Shown here: positions 1 to 14,450 of the stretch, piece after piece
Position numbering within the stretch: the first letter of the stretch is position 1
Layout: every line of letters begins with the position of its first letter
Source of the DNA: the human T2T-CHM13v2.0 reference genome, Homo sapiens
Assembly (NCBI RefSeq): GCF_009914755.1
Contig: NC_060926.1
Strand: one strand, 5' to 3'
DNA length: 64,000 nt
The notes under the pieces: model-generated
Told to the model about the DNA's origin: nothing
What the model saw: the letters and a program-made list of their open reading frames with translations, nothing else
Databases searched by the model: none
Program-made: the position numbers and the translations under genes

Positions 1-422
1 CAATGAATAATTCACTAAATGAGGCCACTCACCCCAGCCTTCATTACTCAGAGCTGTCGCTGTGGATTCTTGGGCCTTGGGGGCAAGAATGCAATCCACT
101 AACCATTACTACTCCTTGTCTTTGGGAAGGGAGAGGAAATATTTCTAGATGAGCCATTGTCATCTAATGAAAAAGCCCTGTATTTCTTGGCATGTGTTGG
201 GTACTCCCAAGACACCTTCCTCTTTTCTCTCTCTCTCTGTTAATGTCCACCCCTCCTCCACTCTCCTAACCTGCCTCTTCCCACACTCTGATGTGTGCAC
301 ACAGATCCACACAATGTGCTCACACATGCGACACAGGTGCACATGCACACATACACAGGCATACTGTTCAGTCCTATTTCATGGACATTTACTGAGTTCA
401 TAGTGTGGGGCAAGTACTATGC

Positions 423-801
423 TGATATGGTTTGGCTCTGTGTCCCCACCCAAATCTCATCTTGAATTGTACTCCCATAATTCCCACATGTTGTGGGAGG
501 GATTTGGTGGGAGATAATTGAATCATGGGGGCAGTTTCCCCTATACTATTCTCGTGGTGTGAATTAGTCTCGTGAGATCTGATGGTTTTACCAGGGGTTT
601 CCACTTTTGCATCTTCCTCATTCTCTCTTTGCCTGCTGCCATCCATGTAAGATGGAACTTTCTCCTCCTTGCCTTCCATCATGATTATGAGGCTTCCCTA
701 GCCGTGTGGAACTGTGAGTCCAATTAAACCTCTTTCTTTTGTAAATTGCCCAGTCTCGGGCAATTATGTCTTTGTCAGCAGCGTGAAAACGGACTAATAC
801 A
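423..801 (+). mobile_element. THE1A/B-type MaLR solo LTR
   Basis: Starts TGATATGGTTTGGCTCTGTGTCCCCACCCAAATCTC, ends GGACTAATACA; perfect 5-bp TSD TATGC at 418-422 and 802-806. Confidence 0.95.
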
Positions 802-1001
802 TATGCCAACGTGGGAAACAGAGATGAATGAAAAAGGGTCTCTGTCCATGGCTCTGTACTTGAAGGAGGGCTCAGTCTCCTAAGGGGGAGGGAGTGGTTC
901 AAAAATCATGCCCACGATCTCATGGCCATAACTCCCTCTTGGTCTAATCCCAGACAACCCAACACTTTTTCAGAGTCCTTTTTGCAAAGGTGTCAACCTC
1001 C

Positions 1002-1233
1002 TTTGTTTTGTTGTTTGTTTGTTTCTTTTTGTGACAGGGTCTCACTCTGTTGCCCAGGCTGGAGTGCAGTGGTGTGATCTTGGTTTACTGGAACCTCTGC
1101 CTCTCAAGCTCAAGGGATCCTGCCACCTCAGCCTCCTGAGTAGCTGTGACTACAGGGGCCACCACCATGCCCGGCTAATTATTTTTTTGTATTCTTTTGT
1201 AGCGATGGGGTTTCGCCTTGTTGCCCAGGCTGG
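1002..1233 (-). mobile_element. AluJ-type, 5'-truncated
   Basis: T-rich tail, then GACAGGGTCTCACTCTGTTGCCCAGGCTGGAGTGCAGTGG. Confidence 0.9.
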
Positions 1234-1649
1234 AACCTCCCTTCTGATGTCACCTTCCCCAGTGCCTCAGAGCCACTCTTTGTCTTTCCCACCCTTACTT
1301 TAGACTTTTGTCTTCCTTCCCCATCCCCTCACCAAAAACAAAAGAAAACAAAACAAAACAAAACAAAATCCTGAACCGAACCCACAACTCATTTTCATGA
1401 GGCCAATTATTCTGACACACTCATCCTAGACTTACACATAAATAACTGAGAATAACTTTAGTAGCTTTTCTCCTCCCAGAGAGGCTATGAGCAACTATTT
1501 TATACTATTTAAGAGAACCAAGCCATTTGTGTGGACATTTCCTGATTGTGGAGCCGTGAATTCTTGTGCAGGGCAGGAAATGTAAATGAATGAAGTAAGC
1601 TACATGAGAACTGACCAACTAGACCAACAAGTTCCATCTAGAAGGGGTA

Positions 1650-1838
1650 GCACCACTCAGCGACAGCCCATGGCTGCCAATCAGTGCTCCCAGAGCACCC
1701 CAGCTTTCAAGGAAAATACAGCATCCTGATTTTTATTCAAAATATTCTAATTTTTTTAAGTTGGCTCAGTAAAAAATAAAATAAAATGCCATACAGGCTA
1801 AACAAATACAGTCCACAGCTGCCAGTTTGCAACCTCTG
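1650..1838. mobile_element. old hAT-Charlie MITE remnant (MER103-like)
   Basis: CCTGATTTTTAT...GCCAGTTTGCAACCTCTG end resembles the MER103C consensus as recalled. Confidence 0.45.
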
Positions 1839-1952
1839 CCCCACCATTACACAAGTGGCATTGACAGACCAGCAATGTGATGGCTTATAGAGCAGGAGTC
1901 TCCAGTGCCAAGGTCACGGCTCCCCATGGGAGGGATGCTCTGCACAGGCTTG

Positions 1953-2558
<606 letters not shown>

Positions 2559-2581
2559 CTGCACAGGCTTTCAAGAACGGC

Positions 2582-2876
2582 AGCCCATGCCTGTAGTCCT
2601 AGCACTTTGGGAGGCCAAGGCAGGTGGATCTCTTGAAGCCACGAGTTCAAGACCAGCCTGACCAACATGGTAAAACCCCATCTCTACTAAAAATACAAAA
2701 GTTAGCCGGGTATGGGGGCCACATGCCTGTAGTCCCAGCTACTCTGGAGGCTAAGGCATGAGATCACTTGAACCCAGGAGGCAGAGGTTGCTGCAGTGAG
2801 CCACGATCACACCACTGCACTCTAGGGGCAACAGAGCATGACTCTGTCTCAAAAAAAAATAAAAATTAAAAATAAA
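2582..2876 (+). mobile_element. Alu, head-to-head with the preceding Alu
   Basis: Alu body and A tail; TSD-like AAGAACGG/AAGAACAG. Confidence 0.92.
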
Positions 2877-4230
2877 GAACAGTGCTAAAATAAGCACACA
2901 GCAACACATGTGTAAGCATATATCATGTGCGTGCATGCACGTATTTGGGTGTGGAAAGGGGTAGGTTGGGGGAGTGGATGAAGGGTGGTCATTAACAGAG
3001 AGACAGAGAGAAGAGGCTGACATGTGCCTCTTGAGGTGAACCTAGAAGACCCTAGATGTTGCTGCTAATAACTTTCCTGTAAGCCACCCAAATCTCCAAA
3101 TATGTAATTCTTGATGGAAAGAAAAAAAGAAGCTCCTGGCTATGCATATGCAATATCCTCCAATTGGAATTAAAAATTACTTGACCTACATTTAGATCTT
3201 CTGACTCTGTTTTTGAGCACTGTGTTCTTGAAACAGCTGCTGCTGATTCAGAATTCTGACCCTACTTGTTATTTGCTTCTGCTGTGCCTCTGAGAGCATT
3301 CTGTAATCACAAATCCAGTTGTTTTAACAGAAAATATGAAGTTTTATGCAGAAGACAGGTTTTAAAATTTAGAAAGCTTTATGGGAAAGTGGCAGACTGT
3401 GATTTTCAAAGAGCGGGGAATCCCATAAATTTTCCACTTTAAATTCCGTCGTCTCCTGGCGAGTGGAAAACTTACCCTAAAAACTGGGGTAAAGAGATGG
3501 ATCAGCGGTTTTGGACCCAAAATGGAAAATCTCAACAGGTTTCCTGTATGTGCAAAGCCACTTGAAATTGAGTATGTGTCAACAGAGATTTAATTAACTC
3601 CCAGCCAGGACCTATTGGAAATGATCCCAGAAAGTTGGGACAAAGGAGAAGGTGTTAATTTCTCAGCAGGAGAGAAAGTGCCTTTTAACTGCATTGGATT
3701 ATGGCTTAGGGCCTGGTGATAGAGCCACGGTGCATTTTCAGATGATTCATTTCAAGTGGGCTGAAAACAAGTGGCAATAAAAATCAACAAGTCAGTCCCT
3801 GCCGGTAAGGCCAGAAGATGCAGGACGGGGTCCGGCAGTCAACCCCACTCACATTATTCACTTATTCCATGCACAGGTAGTCCCAGAATCTCTGATTCCA
3901 GGAAGGACAACAGGAAAGGGTCCTCAAGAATTTAAAATCCAGGTTACTCTGTAAGAGTTAAACCAGTTTTTAAAAATGAAAAATGACACACTTATATGAT
4001 TACCCTTTTGTAGGAGAAAGCCAAGAGACTGGGAAGTTTAGGAGCTTCAAACCCCAATTGATAATGGCAGCCCCTAAACCGCGATCCTCCCTCGCATCCT
4101 CAGAAAGCCATACAGATCCACAAGGACAGCAAGTAAACCACACATAAGCCAGGACTTCAGCATACTGGGATGAATACTGTGAATTTCAAATTACCTCTAA
4201 GTAATAGATATTGATTGATAAATGATAGAA

Positions 4231-4258
4231 TAGATAGATAGATAGATAGATAGATAGA
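4231..4258. repeat. (TAGA)n tetranucleotide STR
   Basis: tagatagatagatagatagatagataga. Confidence 0.95.
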
Positions 4259-5831
4259 CAGAAGCAAACATCAGTTGAACCGATTGAAGTAATCAGAGTA
4301 TAATCTTGGAGAAGCAGAACTGGATGTGATCATAATTGAGTAAGCAGACACAAAATCAATTATGTAGTACACTGTTAGGAGAAAGTCTGGAACATAGAAG
4401 GGAAACTCTAAGGAGTGGGAAGCTGACCCTGTTTAGTCATTGGTGTTCAAGGGGAGGAGGTGTTGAAGTCAGGGGATTGTGAACCTCCTACTCCCTGGAG
4501 AAATGGACTTTGTTGTTGAGTAGGAATGACTCACGAAGTCACATGGTAGGCAAGATTGAACCCTTTTCCTAAGAGTCCACTTATCCACACCAGAGTTCCA
4601 GGCTCACCAACCAATCTTCCCTAGACAAACCTGGCTTCCCAATCATGCAGGTACCCAGAAGGGGCTAGGCAGGAAGTATGAACATTTCAGTGATCAGAAA
4701 GCAGTTCCCCACTCTAAACAATAAGCTGACATCAGGCTGCTATGTATGCAGCAGTCTTCTGTGAGCTTGATTGATGTGGGTCGGCCTCCCCAAGTCCAAT
4801 CAGCTACAATGACATGGCAAAGGGCTAGACCCAAGACAACTGTACGTTTACCAACAAATTACCTTTTGTTAGGTAGTAACTCTGACCCAATCTATACCCC
4901 CTTTTGTACCTAAAATGCTTTCTGTGTGCCCAGAGCTGTTCTAGGAGCTTGAAGGCAATAAAATAAGATCCTGCCAGTCGACTCAGAAGAATAAAACTTG
5001 ACATGCAAAACCATTAGAGGACAATATACAGTAATAAGTAATTGAGTATTAGGTAGGGCTTATCAGACAGTATTTGCATGAAAGCTGAAAGAGAAGCACA
5101 TCCCTTGGGGACTAGAGCTGTGATACTAGTAATCATAATATGTTTAATTTTATCACACTTCATCATCAATAAAGCAATTACACATATCTGATCTAATTTA
5201 ATTCTCTCACTAACTAGTTGAAGCAAGTGCTATCATTCCCTCATTACAAAAAACCTGAAGACCAGAGAGCTTCAGTTACTTGGTCCAAGTCTTATAGCTA
5301 GCTAAAAGTCAAGCCACATCTCCTGATTCCAAAGTCAATGCTCCTACAATACCCAGCTGAGAACAGGAAAGTAAACGAGTGGATATTAAGGATCTTTAGT
5401 GAGCGGAGAAAGACATGATACCTGACATCAGGGGAGGCTTCCTGGAGGAAACAAGATTTGGGGGAGAGCCTGCAGGTGAGTGGGCGTTACAGAGAAGGAA
5501 GAGAACATATCCTGAGCAAGGTCAGACTCTCCCCCCGAGATGTCCTGAGGTGTCTCTGGGTCACACCCTTGCAAATCAAGACTAAAACATCAGTCTACGC
5601 CAGAGCTGGATCCAGAGCCTGGGGTTTGTAACATTGAAGAAAAAGAATACAAATCCCCTCAGGCTCCCTGGAATAGGTCTTACAAATCTTTAGCATCACA
5701 TAAACCCTTCTTTGGTCATCACTCTGATATTCATAAGCCCCCAGATCCTATTCAGAACCCATCTGCTGATCAGCTTCCAAAACCAGGAAAGGCTCCTGCC
5801 CTTCCCTGGGACCTGATTTATAGAAAGGATC

Positions 5832-6330
5832 TGTATTAGTTTGGATTAGACTCAGCTGCCAGTGACAACAATAACAGCAACACCAAAACAGTAGCATAGA
5901 TGAAAGAGAAGGTTATTTTTCCCAATATAAATGTAGACCGTTTAGGGTTTATATGGTAACTAGTGATCAAGATAAAAGAGACTCACCCTCCTTCTATCTT
6001 GTTGCTCCATTATTCTTAATACACAGCTTCTATCTCATGGTCCAACATGGCTGCTCAAGTCCAGCCATCATCTGTCTTCCAGCCAACATAAAAAAAGTAA
6101 TTTCTGGAATGCGTGCATACTTTTCTCTTTAAGGACACTTCCTTGGAGTTACACACACTTCTTATGCTTGCAACCTATTGGTTAGAATTTATGAGATGGC
6201 CACACCACACTGCAAGGGAGACTGAGAATAAATATGGTCTTTATTCTGGATAGCCATGTAACTAGCAAAACATCAAGGGTTCTATTACTAAGGAAGAGGA
6301 GGAAATGTATGGTAAGAAACTACTTACCAC
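5832..6330 (-). mobile_element. MLT1J-like MaLR LTR
   Basis: TGTATTAGT start; CATGGCTGCT..CCAGCCATCA and GGCCACACC..CTGCAAGGGAGACTGAG motifs. Confidence 0.7.
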
Positions 6331-6644
6331 AGAACTCAAGTTCCTTTGAGGAAGACTGTGGAACTCCCAGTGAAGTCACTAGAAATGGACATGGTAATGA
6401 TTTTACAACCTGGAGGCAAGATCACAACCAGGCAAGAAGCAGTCTATTTCATTCACCCTATTTCAAGGCCGAATGAAAACCACCAGGGAGGAATACTGAG
6501 CATGTGCAGCTCTCACAGCCATTGGTATACTCAGCGGCCTTTGGAGGACTTAGCTCGGGTTCCTTGGGCAAACTTGGGTTTAACTCCCAGCTCCACCAGT
6601 CACGAAATACATGACATCAAGCAAGTTACTGAACTGCTACATTA

Positions 6645-7130
6645 TCCAAAACTCTTCTGGTTGCAAGTGATAGAGGCCAATTCAAATTAGCTTACATTAA
6701 AAAGGGAATTTACTTGTCCCCCGACCCAGAAGTTTTAGAGGTTGTCCAGCTTTAGGCATGTCTGAATCCAACCACATGGCTCAGTCTCAGTCTTGGACTC
6801 TGCTTCTCTCTGGGACTGGCATCATTCCCAGGCAGGTTCTCTTTTCAAATGTTAGCAAGCCCACCAGCAGAGCTTATCATCTCCTTACTTAGCAACTCCA
6901 AAAGAAGGAGAGCCCCTTTCTAATTATCCCGACCAAAGACCCAAAGTCAACTCTGGTCCAGCAGAGGTGATTTATACATCTTTGAGCCAATCATGGTGTC
7001 TCTGACTGGCCTGGAGCTGGGTGGGGCAGGCCTACCTTAATCACAAGGGGGGACGAGAGTGGTTCTCCAAAGGAAACTGAGGATGCTATTAGAAGAACGG
7101 GGAGAGTTATGCTGGTTAGGCAGAAGGAAC
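6645..7130 (-). mobile_element. MLT1K/L-like MaLR LTR
   Basis: GGTTGCAAGTGATAGA..TTCAAATTAGCTTA..AAAAGGGAATTTA motif. Confidence 0.6.
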
Positions 7131-7131
7131 A

Positions 7132-7556
7132 TGTCTTTGTCCATTTTGTGTTACTATAACAATACATGAGGCTAGGTGATTCATAAAGAAAAGAGGTTTA
7201 TGTAGCTCATGGTTCTGCAGGCCGGGAAGTACAAGAAGCATAGCACCAGCATGGCTTGGCTTCTGGTGAGGGCTTTCATGCTGCACCACAATATGACAAA
7301 AGGTGGTGGGGGAAGTGGGCTCATGGGAAGAGGCAAAACCCGAGAGGTGCACTGGCTTTATAACAACCCACTCTCGTGGGAACATTCCCTCCAGAACTAG
7401 TCCAGCCTCCAAAGAGCGAGAACAGCTCCAAGCCATTCGTGAGGGATCCGTCCCCACAATCCAAACACCTCCCACTAGGCCCCACCTCCCAACACCACCA
7501 CCTCAGGGATCAAACGTCAACATGATTTTTGGTGGGGACAAACTCAAACCATAACA
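7132..7556 (-). mobile_element. MSTB-type MaLR solo LTR
   Basis: TGTCTTTGTCCATTTTGTGTTACTATAAC...CAAACCATAACA; TSD GAACA/CAACA. Confidence 0.85.
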
Positions 7557-8014
7557 CAACAGAAGCTTATTTTTTTCATCCCTTAGTATAGTACTTACTT
7601 CATCAGACAATTATGAGAATGGAATGAGATACCACGCATGAACACATTTAGCATAGTGCCAGGCACATCACAGGAGCCTTGCAGGTACATGTGACTGGTT
7701 ATAAGGGGCTATAACAGAGTGGGGAACCAGCACAAAAACTTCAGAGCAGAATGCCAGTAAAGTGTGTGGCCCAGAGCAGAGGCAGCGCGGAGAAGAGGGA
7801 CAAACTGAAGTGTGTGGCAGGACAGAGGAGAGAAGTTCCAGAACAAGCGTGTGGCAGAGTCCCTGGAACAGGCCAAGCAGCTATAGCAGGTCAGAGTGAG
7901 ACCTGGTGGGGAGACAGCCTAGGGGACAGGGGGTGAGGATGGCAATGTCAGGCAGGGACCTGGCAGGAATCACAACCCATGCAGAAGCATCTGACTGAAG
8001 AGTTTAGTGAACTA

Positions 8015-8048
8015 TTCGGTTGGCGCAATTACTTTTGCACCAACCTAA
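8015..8048. mobile_element. MADE1 (Hsmar1 MITE), internally collapsed
   Basis: TA-TTCGGTTGG/CGCAATTACTTTTGCACCAACCTAA-TA. Confidence 0.85.
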
Positions 8049-8059
8049 TACTTGCAGAT

Positions 8060-8438
8060 GACTTACAGAGGCATGGTCAAGGTTAAGTGAACTCCTGCAA
8101 GGTGTGTGGGTCCCAGAGACCAGCAAGAGGGGGCCACAGTTTTTTTCATCCCCCAGGCTGAGGGGGCCAGGGGAGAAATTGTATTGCTGGAAGCCAGTGA
8201 CATCTGGAGTCCCTGCATGAGGAGGGGCCGCCCAGCAGGAGCTAAAGTCACGGAAGGACATAGCCCCTGCCAGGCCCAGGCTCTTTCTCACCCATCTCAA
8301 CCTCCTGCTGGTGCCTCCTCTTGGCCAACCCAGAGCACGAAGGAGCTGCATGATGCACTCTGCAGAGGTTGGCCTCCCAGGGCACAGAGCAAGCAGAGAA
8401 GGCAGACAGAGATCTGGAGGGCAAGTGGAATACCCAGC
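8060..8438 (-). mobile_element. LTR33-like (ERVL) LTR
   Basis: Reverse complement begins GCTGGGTATTCCACTTGCCCTCCAGATCTCTGTCTGCCTTCTCTGCTTGCTCTGTGCCCTGGGAGGCC, like the LTR33 5' end. Confidence 0.7.
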
Positions 8439-8907
8439 CAACCCAGCATCGACGGCTCCTGGGGACCCTAACTTTCTGGAATCTTCTGCCCCTAATATGG
8501 AGCTGCAGAGAAAGACGTGGTGGTGATCTTTCCTCCTACTCAAAATCTCCCAGCAGTGGGAGAGAGGCATGGCTTCCAGAGGGTCAAGAAGGCAGGAACT
8601 CCAAGCAGACTGTAATTTCTCATTGGCAAATACACTCCAGAAAACTGTCCCTGCCTACCCCAGCATGGCCAGCTCACCTTACAATTGCCCTCTCCTCATG
8701 GGCTCTACCCTAAGCCCTGAGTCAATGAGACCACGGTGGGCAGCGGGGGTGGGAGTTGCAGGGCCCAGGGTAGTCATGTCGTGTTTCTGGAGAAAGCCTC
8801 TGAGGACCTGCATGCCTGCAGAGCTGTGCCCCCGACCCTCGTCTCCCATCTCCTACACCTAGTCCACAAGGTTGGGCTTCTGTTTCCACCCCTGGTTTGT
8901 TCTCTAG

Positions 8908-9303
<396 letters not shown>

Positions 9304-9304
9304 T

Positions 9305-9510
9305 AAAGAACAAACCCTGCAGCCAGTGGCTCCACCACTTACTGTGCACGCTTGGGTAAGTTAGTTGACCTCTCTTCTCCCTAGTTTCCTCATTCATAAA
9401 ATGGGAACAATAAAAGTACCTGTCTTAGAAATTGATTGTGGTGATTAAATTAATTAATAGCTGGAAAATGCTTAGAACATGCTTCACACATTGTTAGCAA
9501 CCAATAACTT
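9305..9510. mobile_element. MIR
   Basis: CTTGGGTAAGTTAGTTGACCTCTCT..AGTTTCCTCATTCATAAAATGGGAACAATAA core. Confidence 0.8.
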
Positions 9511-10123
9511 TTAACTAATGTTATTACATTTTCAATGAATGAAAGTTGAGTTAGTTGTGGCAGCAATGAGGACTGAATTCGGGAAGCTGGTCTTGAATTA
9601 TGAAGCTCCTCCTCCATGGGTGAAAAAAAATGACCAGTATGTCTTCTCAATTATATTCAACTTGGATTTGAGAGGATCTCTCTGGGAGGTTCGTCCTTTG
9701 ATGACCCAAAGCCATGCTCCGCGTGCTTTCGTGATTATGCTCATTAACAGGACCAGGAGCAAAGTTATTCTTAGTATGCCTGAAGACAAATCAGAAAGTC
9801 CATAAGAACTAAAATTAATCTTCCAAAAGTCTCCATTGGTGATCAGCGTGTATTTGCACAGACTTTTTGAGGGTGATGAAGGCTCAGTATGTGTCGCATG
9901 CTCTGCTGAAACCAGCTTTCTGAAGGCTGAGGAATGTCTACAGAACTTGGGGAATTAGTTATTTTAAACCAGTGACAATAAACAATGCCCTCCCTCTCCC
10001 TCCTTCCAGGCTCCACCTTGCTGACAGTCCCATGTAGATGTCTCAGTTTTAAGATCAGGGAAGCCAAAGATGGGAGAAATTGAGGCTCCCTCGCCATGTC
10101 TTAAAATGTAAAGCAAAGAATGA

Positions 10124-10461
<338 letters not shown>

Positions 10462-10493
10462 AATAATGATATTTAATTCACATAGACAGTTCA

Positions 10494-10861
<368 letters not shown>

Positions 10862-11649
10862 ATTTAAATAAATAAAGTTGTGGGTATGCTTTGCTGATTC
10901 CTCTCTGGTGTCCTCCTGTTCCTCATTTTCAGCCTCCATGCCATCAGCAGCAGTGTAGGGTGCTCCTGAAGAGCCACATCAGGCTCTGAGGGTCTCTCCC
11001 ACCATTTCCTTCTGTTCCTAGATCTCTAGCACCAGAGCTGATCCTAAAAGTCCCTGCTCATGTTCATCCATCCAACCAGAGGTAAAAGCTGAGTTCTAGA
11101 GGTGTTGGATCTGAAAGACACCTCAGATAGCATCTAGAACCATCACTTCAACTTACTGAAAAGGATGCTGCATCCAGAGAAGAGACAGAACTTAGACAAG
11201 ATTATAGAGCTAGTAACTCTGAGATCCAGAATGTAATTTAGACCTCAAGACTTTCAAGTATGCATGCATGCATTCATTCTTCAACTAGGGTATTTGACAA
11301 GCATTTTTGAGTATCTGTGATGTGCCTAGCACTAGATTAGCAAGACAGACAGGGCCTACCCTCCCAGGGGACATAAGGCAGCAAATGGACCATTTCCACA
11401 TAGATTTATAGCCCAGAGCTCTTTCCCTACACCTCACAGCTGGGATTTGAGCACAGAATCCGACCCTCCACATCTATAGAGGTACATCTGCAATTGAGAT
11501 GCATATCACTTATAAGAATGATAAGAATAGCATGAAACCACTCACTTTAATCCATGTGACCTGTGATGACAAAAACCAAAATGAAAATGTACACACCAAA
11601 GCACCACCCTTCCACAGAATGGTTGTGTGCATAAAGAAAGAGCATGAAC

Positions 11650-11870
11650 TTAGAAATCAGAAAGCCCTGGATTTGAAACTGATCTACTGTTAATAGTTAC
11701 TAGCCGTGTGATGCTGTGTAAGGGACTTTGCCTCACTGGGCCTGTTTCCTCACCTATAAAAAGGAAGTGATAGTGCCATTTCATAGGGTTATTGCAGGAT
11801 TAAATGAGGTAATGGACCAATGGATGCAATTCACACAACACAGTCCCTAACACATCACAATGCTCAAAAC
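11650..11870. mobile_element. MIR
   Basis: GCCTGTTTCCTCACCTATAAAAAGG..CATAGGGTTATTGCAGGATTAAATGAG. Confidence 0.75.
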
Positions 11871-11955
11871 ACATCAGCAACTTTTCTTCCTCTACCACCC
11901 CCTCTGCTATAGTTAGCACTGCAGTTCCATTGCTGGCCTCTTTGAGGAAATCATG

Positions 11956-12179
11956 GGCCAGGTGCAGTGGGAGGCAGAGGCAGGCAAATCTCTTGAGCCC
12001 AGGAGTTTGAAACCAGCCTGGGCAACCTGGCGAAACCTCATCTCTATCAAAAATACAAAATTAGCCAGGCATGGTGGGAAGATCGATTGAGCCCAGGAGG
12101 TCAAGGCTGCAGTGAACCATGATGACACCAGGCACTCCAGCTTGGGTGACAGAGTGATATCTGTTTGAAAAAAAAAAAA
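11956..12179 (+). mobile_element. AluJ with internal deletions
   Basis: GGCCAGGTGCAGTGG|GAGGCAGAGG...A tail. Confidence 0.9.
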
Positions 12180-12339
12180 GAGAGAGAGAGAGAAATCATT
12201 GCATTTGGAAGACTTAGTAAAATGATTCACTTGAAAGGGTGATATGATTACAAACAAAGCCCCCAACCAGTTTTCCTTTTATTTCCTGGAATTTTTTTTT
12301 AAAGCAAATTTCTTTGAACACTTATTAATAAGTGTTAGA

Positions 12340-12358
12340 GTCTGCCCCCTAGTGGTCA
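12340..12358 (-). promoter_or_regulatory. CTCF binding motif
   Basis: Minus strand TGACCACTAGGGGGCAGAC, a near-consensus CTCF core, outside recognisable repeats. Confidence 0.75.
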
Positions 12359-12534
12359 TGTCACACAGTGTGTGCTTACGCAGATGACAATTCAGCCCCC
12401 AAAACATTTCCCCCATCTGTGTTTGATTAACCTTCGACGGTGCCTCTTGGCCTAGTCACAACAGATTTTTATCTTAACAAAAAAAATTAAACAGGAACAA
12501 TTGTGACTAAAGTTAACAAGATTGATTGTTTAGC

Positions 12535-12564
12535 ATAGAGGTTAATCTTGGCTGCACATTAAAA

Positions 12565-12596
<32 letters not shown>

Positions 12597-12710
12597 CAAT
12601 GCCTGGGCTCCACCCTAAGCCAGTTGAATCTGAATGTCTAGGGGAAAGGTCCGAGCATGAAGAGTTTTTAAAGCTCTGCAGGTGATTCTGATGAGTAGCC
12701 GGGACTCAGA
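12535..12710. mobile_element. MER5A-type hAT MITE containing (CA)n at about 12566-12595
   Basis: CTTGGCTGCACATTAAAATCAC..GCCTGGGCTCCACCC..AAAGCTCTGCAGGTGATTCTGATG. Confidence 0.75.
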
Positions 12711-13784
12711 ATCGGAGATTTCAAAACTCTATCAGAACTTGACAAATGACAGCACAGGCCATCCCCTTGTAGGCAACTCTCCCAGAACCCTCTGTGCGCT
12801 CTGCAGAGATATTGCCCTTGATCAGAATGGTTTTGGTCCCCTCGGGGGAAGCTGCTTTCAGATCATGTAGCATATATTTTGGAGCATTCTCAATACTGGC
12901 AAATTTTTGTCTTTTGACAGTGGATTTGAGTTTGGATAAAAACCTTCAAATGATTCCAAAATCAAGCTCGCTGAATATGCTGGGCCATTTTGCAGGATAA
13001 ACTGGGTAAGACCATTTTTGGTCAAACACAACATATGGCCAAGGGGATGGATCTGTCTCATGCGCCTCATAATTGACACAAAAAGCAATTCCAAAAGAGG
13101 GCCACAAACATTTTTATTAGTAACAGCTGTATTGGAGCCCACATGCTGCTCCCCAAAGCACTGTCATTAAAAGACAATGTTGATCTGGATGTGTGAGGGC
13201 TGGCGGGACTATTAAAAATCTGCCTCATTATGTACGGGTCAAACCCGAATTTAGAATTGAAAGGGGGAACAGTGGTGGGAGGGGTCAGAACCGAACAGCC
13301 CCTGGGCTTTATGGTCCTCTCTGTTCGTCACCCTACACTGTCAGAATCCAATCTGCCACACCTAAGAGGGACCTCATTCCAGGCTGGCAGAGTGACAGCC
13401 AACCCCAGGAGCTGCTGAGGATCTCTGTTCAGGGACACCAGACTTTTCTTCTCAGGAAACTCTGCAACCAGGTGAGATGATTCAATATTGCGTTGTGATT
13501 TTTGTTAGTCCTCTAAACCCTCATAATGAAATTCCCTCACATTCTATCAGATAAATCCTAACTGGTGAGAGCACAACACACTGTGAAACGCAAATAGTCA
13601 ATCATAAATCAACCGGACTTTACTTCCAGCTCCAACATCTTGCAGTTATTTTCTTTCCCAGATGAGATTTTATTTTGCACTCATACCTCCCGAATCTGCT
13701 GTGGACATTAACCATTGCACCCTCCTGTCTGGAGTCTTCTGTCTGTAGGATGGAGTTTCCCAATGTGTATTTCAAGGAACACTG

Positions 13785-13857
13785 TTTGCTTGGTGCAAAA
13801 GTAATTACGGTTTTTGCCGTTACTTTTGTGACCACGGTCACTGTTGCTCCCGCCTAA
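13785..13857. mobile_element. MADE1 (Hsmar1 MITE)
   Basis: TTGGTGCAAAAGTAATTACGGTTTTTGCCGTTACTTTT...CCTAA-TA. Confidence 0.8.
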
Positions 13858-13928
13858 TAGTTTCATAGTATCCATTTGTTCATTCGTTTATCCAATAATG
13901 ATTTGTTGAGCACCTAGTGTGTCCCAGA

Positions 13929-14105
13929 CAGGGGTGGATCCAGGTTTTGTGAGGTCAGAAGCTTATAAAAATTCTGACAGTCCTTTTTAAGGAAAAGAAC
14001 ACAATTTGTGGATAAGAAATTAGGCACAGGGCCTTGGAAGGGGCCTGTGTAACTGAGGGGCCCCCAAAGCTTAAGTTCGATCACTTCATAGCACTTTCGC
14101 CTCTG
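13929..14105. mobile_element. MER53-type hAT MITE inserted in an L2 3' end (about 13870-14190)
   Basis: CAGGGGTGGATCCAGGTTTTGTGAGG..AAGCTTATA..GGGCCTTGGAAGGGGCC..CGCCTCTG; degenerate 8-bp TSD GTCCCAGA/GTTTCAGG. Confidence 0.75.
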
Positions 14106-14239
14106 GTTTCAGGCACTGTTCCGGGCTGTGGAGCTATAATTACAGATGAAACAGACAAAGACCTGCCCTTGTGAAGCTGACATTCTAAAGGGATAGAAAT
14201 GGGAGCTGGAGATCAATAGAACTTAGAAGGTCCATGGTC

Positions 14240-14450
14240 ATAGGTTTGGAAACTAAGGAGCTAAACAAAATTAAACAGGCTTCTTCATGTAAGGGCTTCT
14301 CAGAGCCATTCAAATGCTGATGCATTCCATGACTCTGTAAGAGGGGAACTGCAACACATCACTCCCCAAATTTATTTATCATAGAATTCTTCTTTTGTGA
14401 GGCATCCCCATGGACAGAATTCTGTGAGGGCCACTTGGGGAAATCCTGCT
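14240..14450. mobile_element. old hAT-Charlie MITE (MER112-like); related copies near 17370-17530 and 39390-39540
   Basis: CTTCTCAGAGCC..TGCT.ATG..CATT..CCCCAAA.TTATTT motif shared by the three loci. Confidence 0.45.

Noticed and set aside
8004-8862. Overlapping 97-188-aa ORFs in GC-richer DNA
   Set aside because: Largely overlap an LTR33-like element; no recognisable protein family or exon structure
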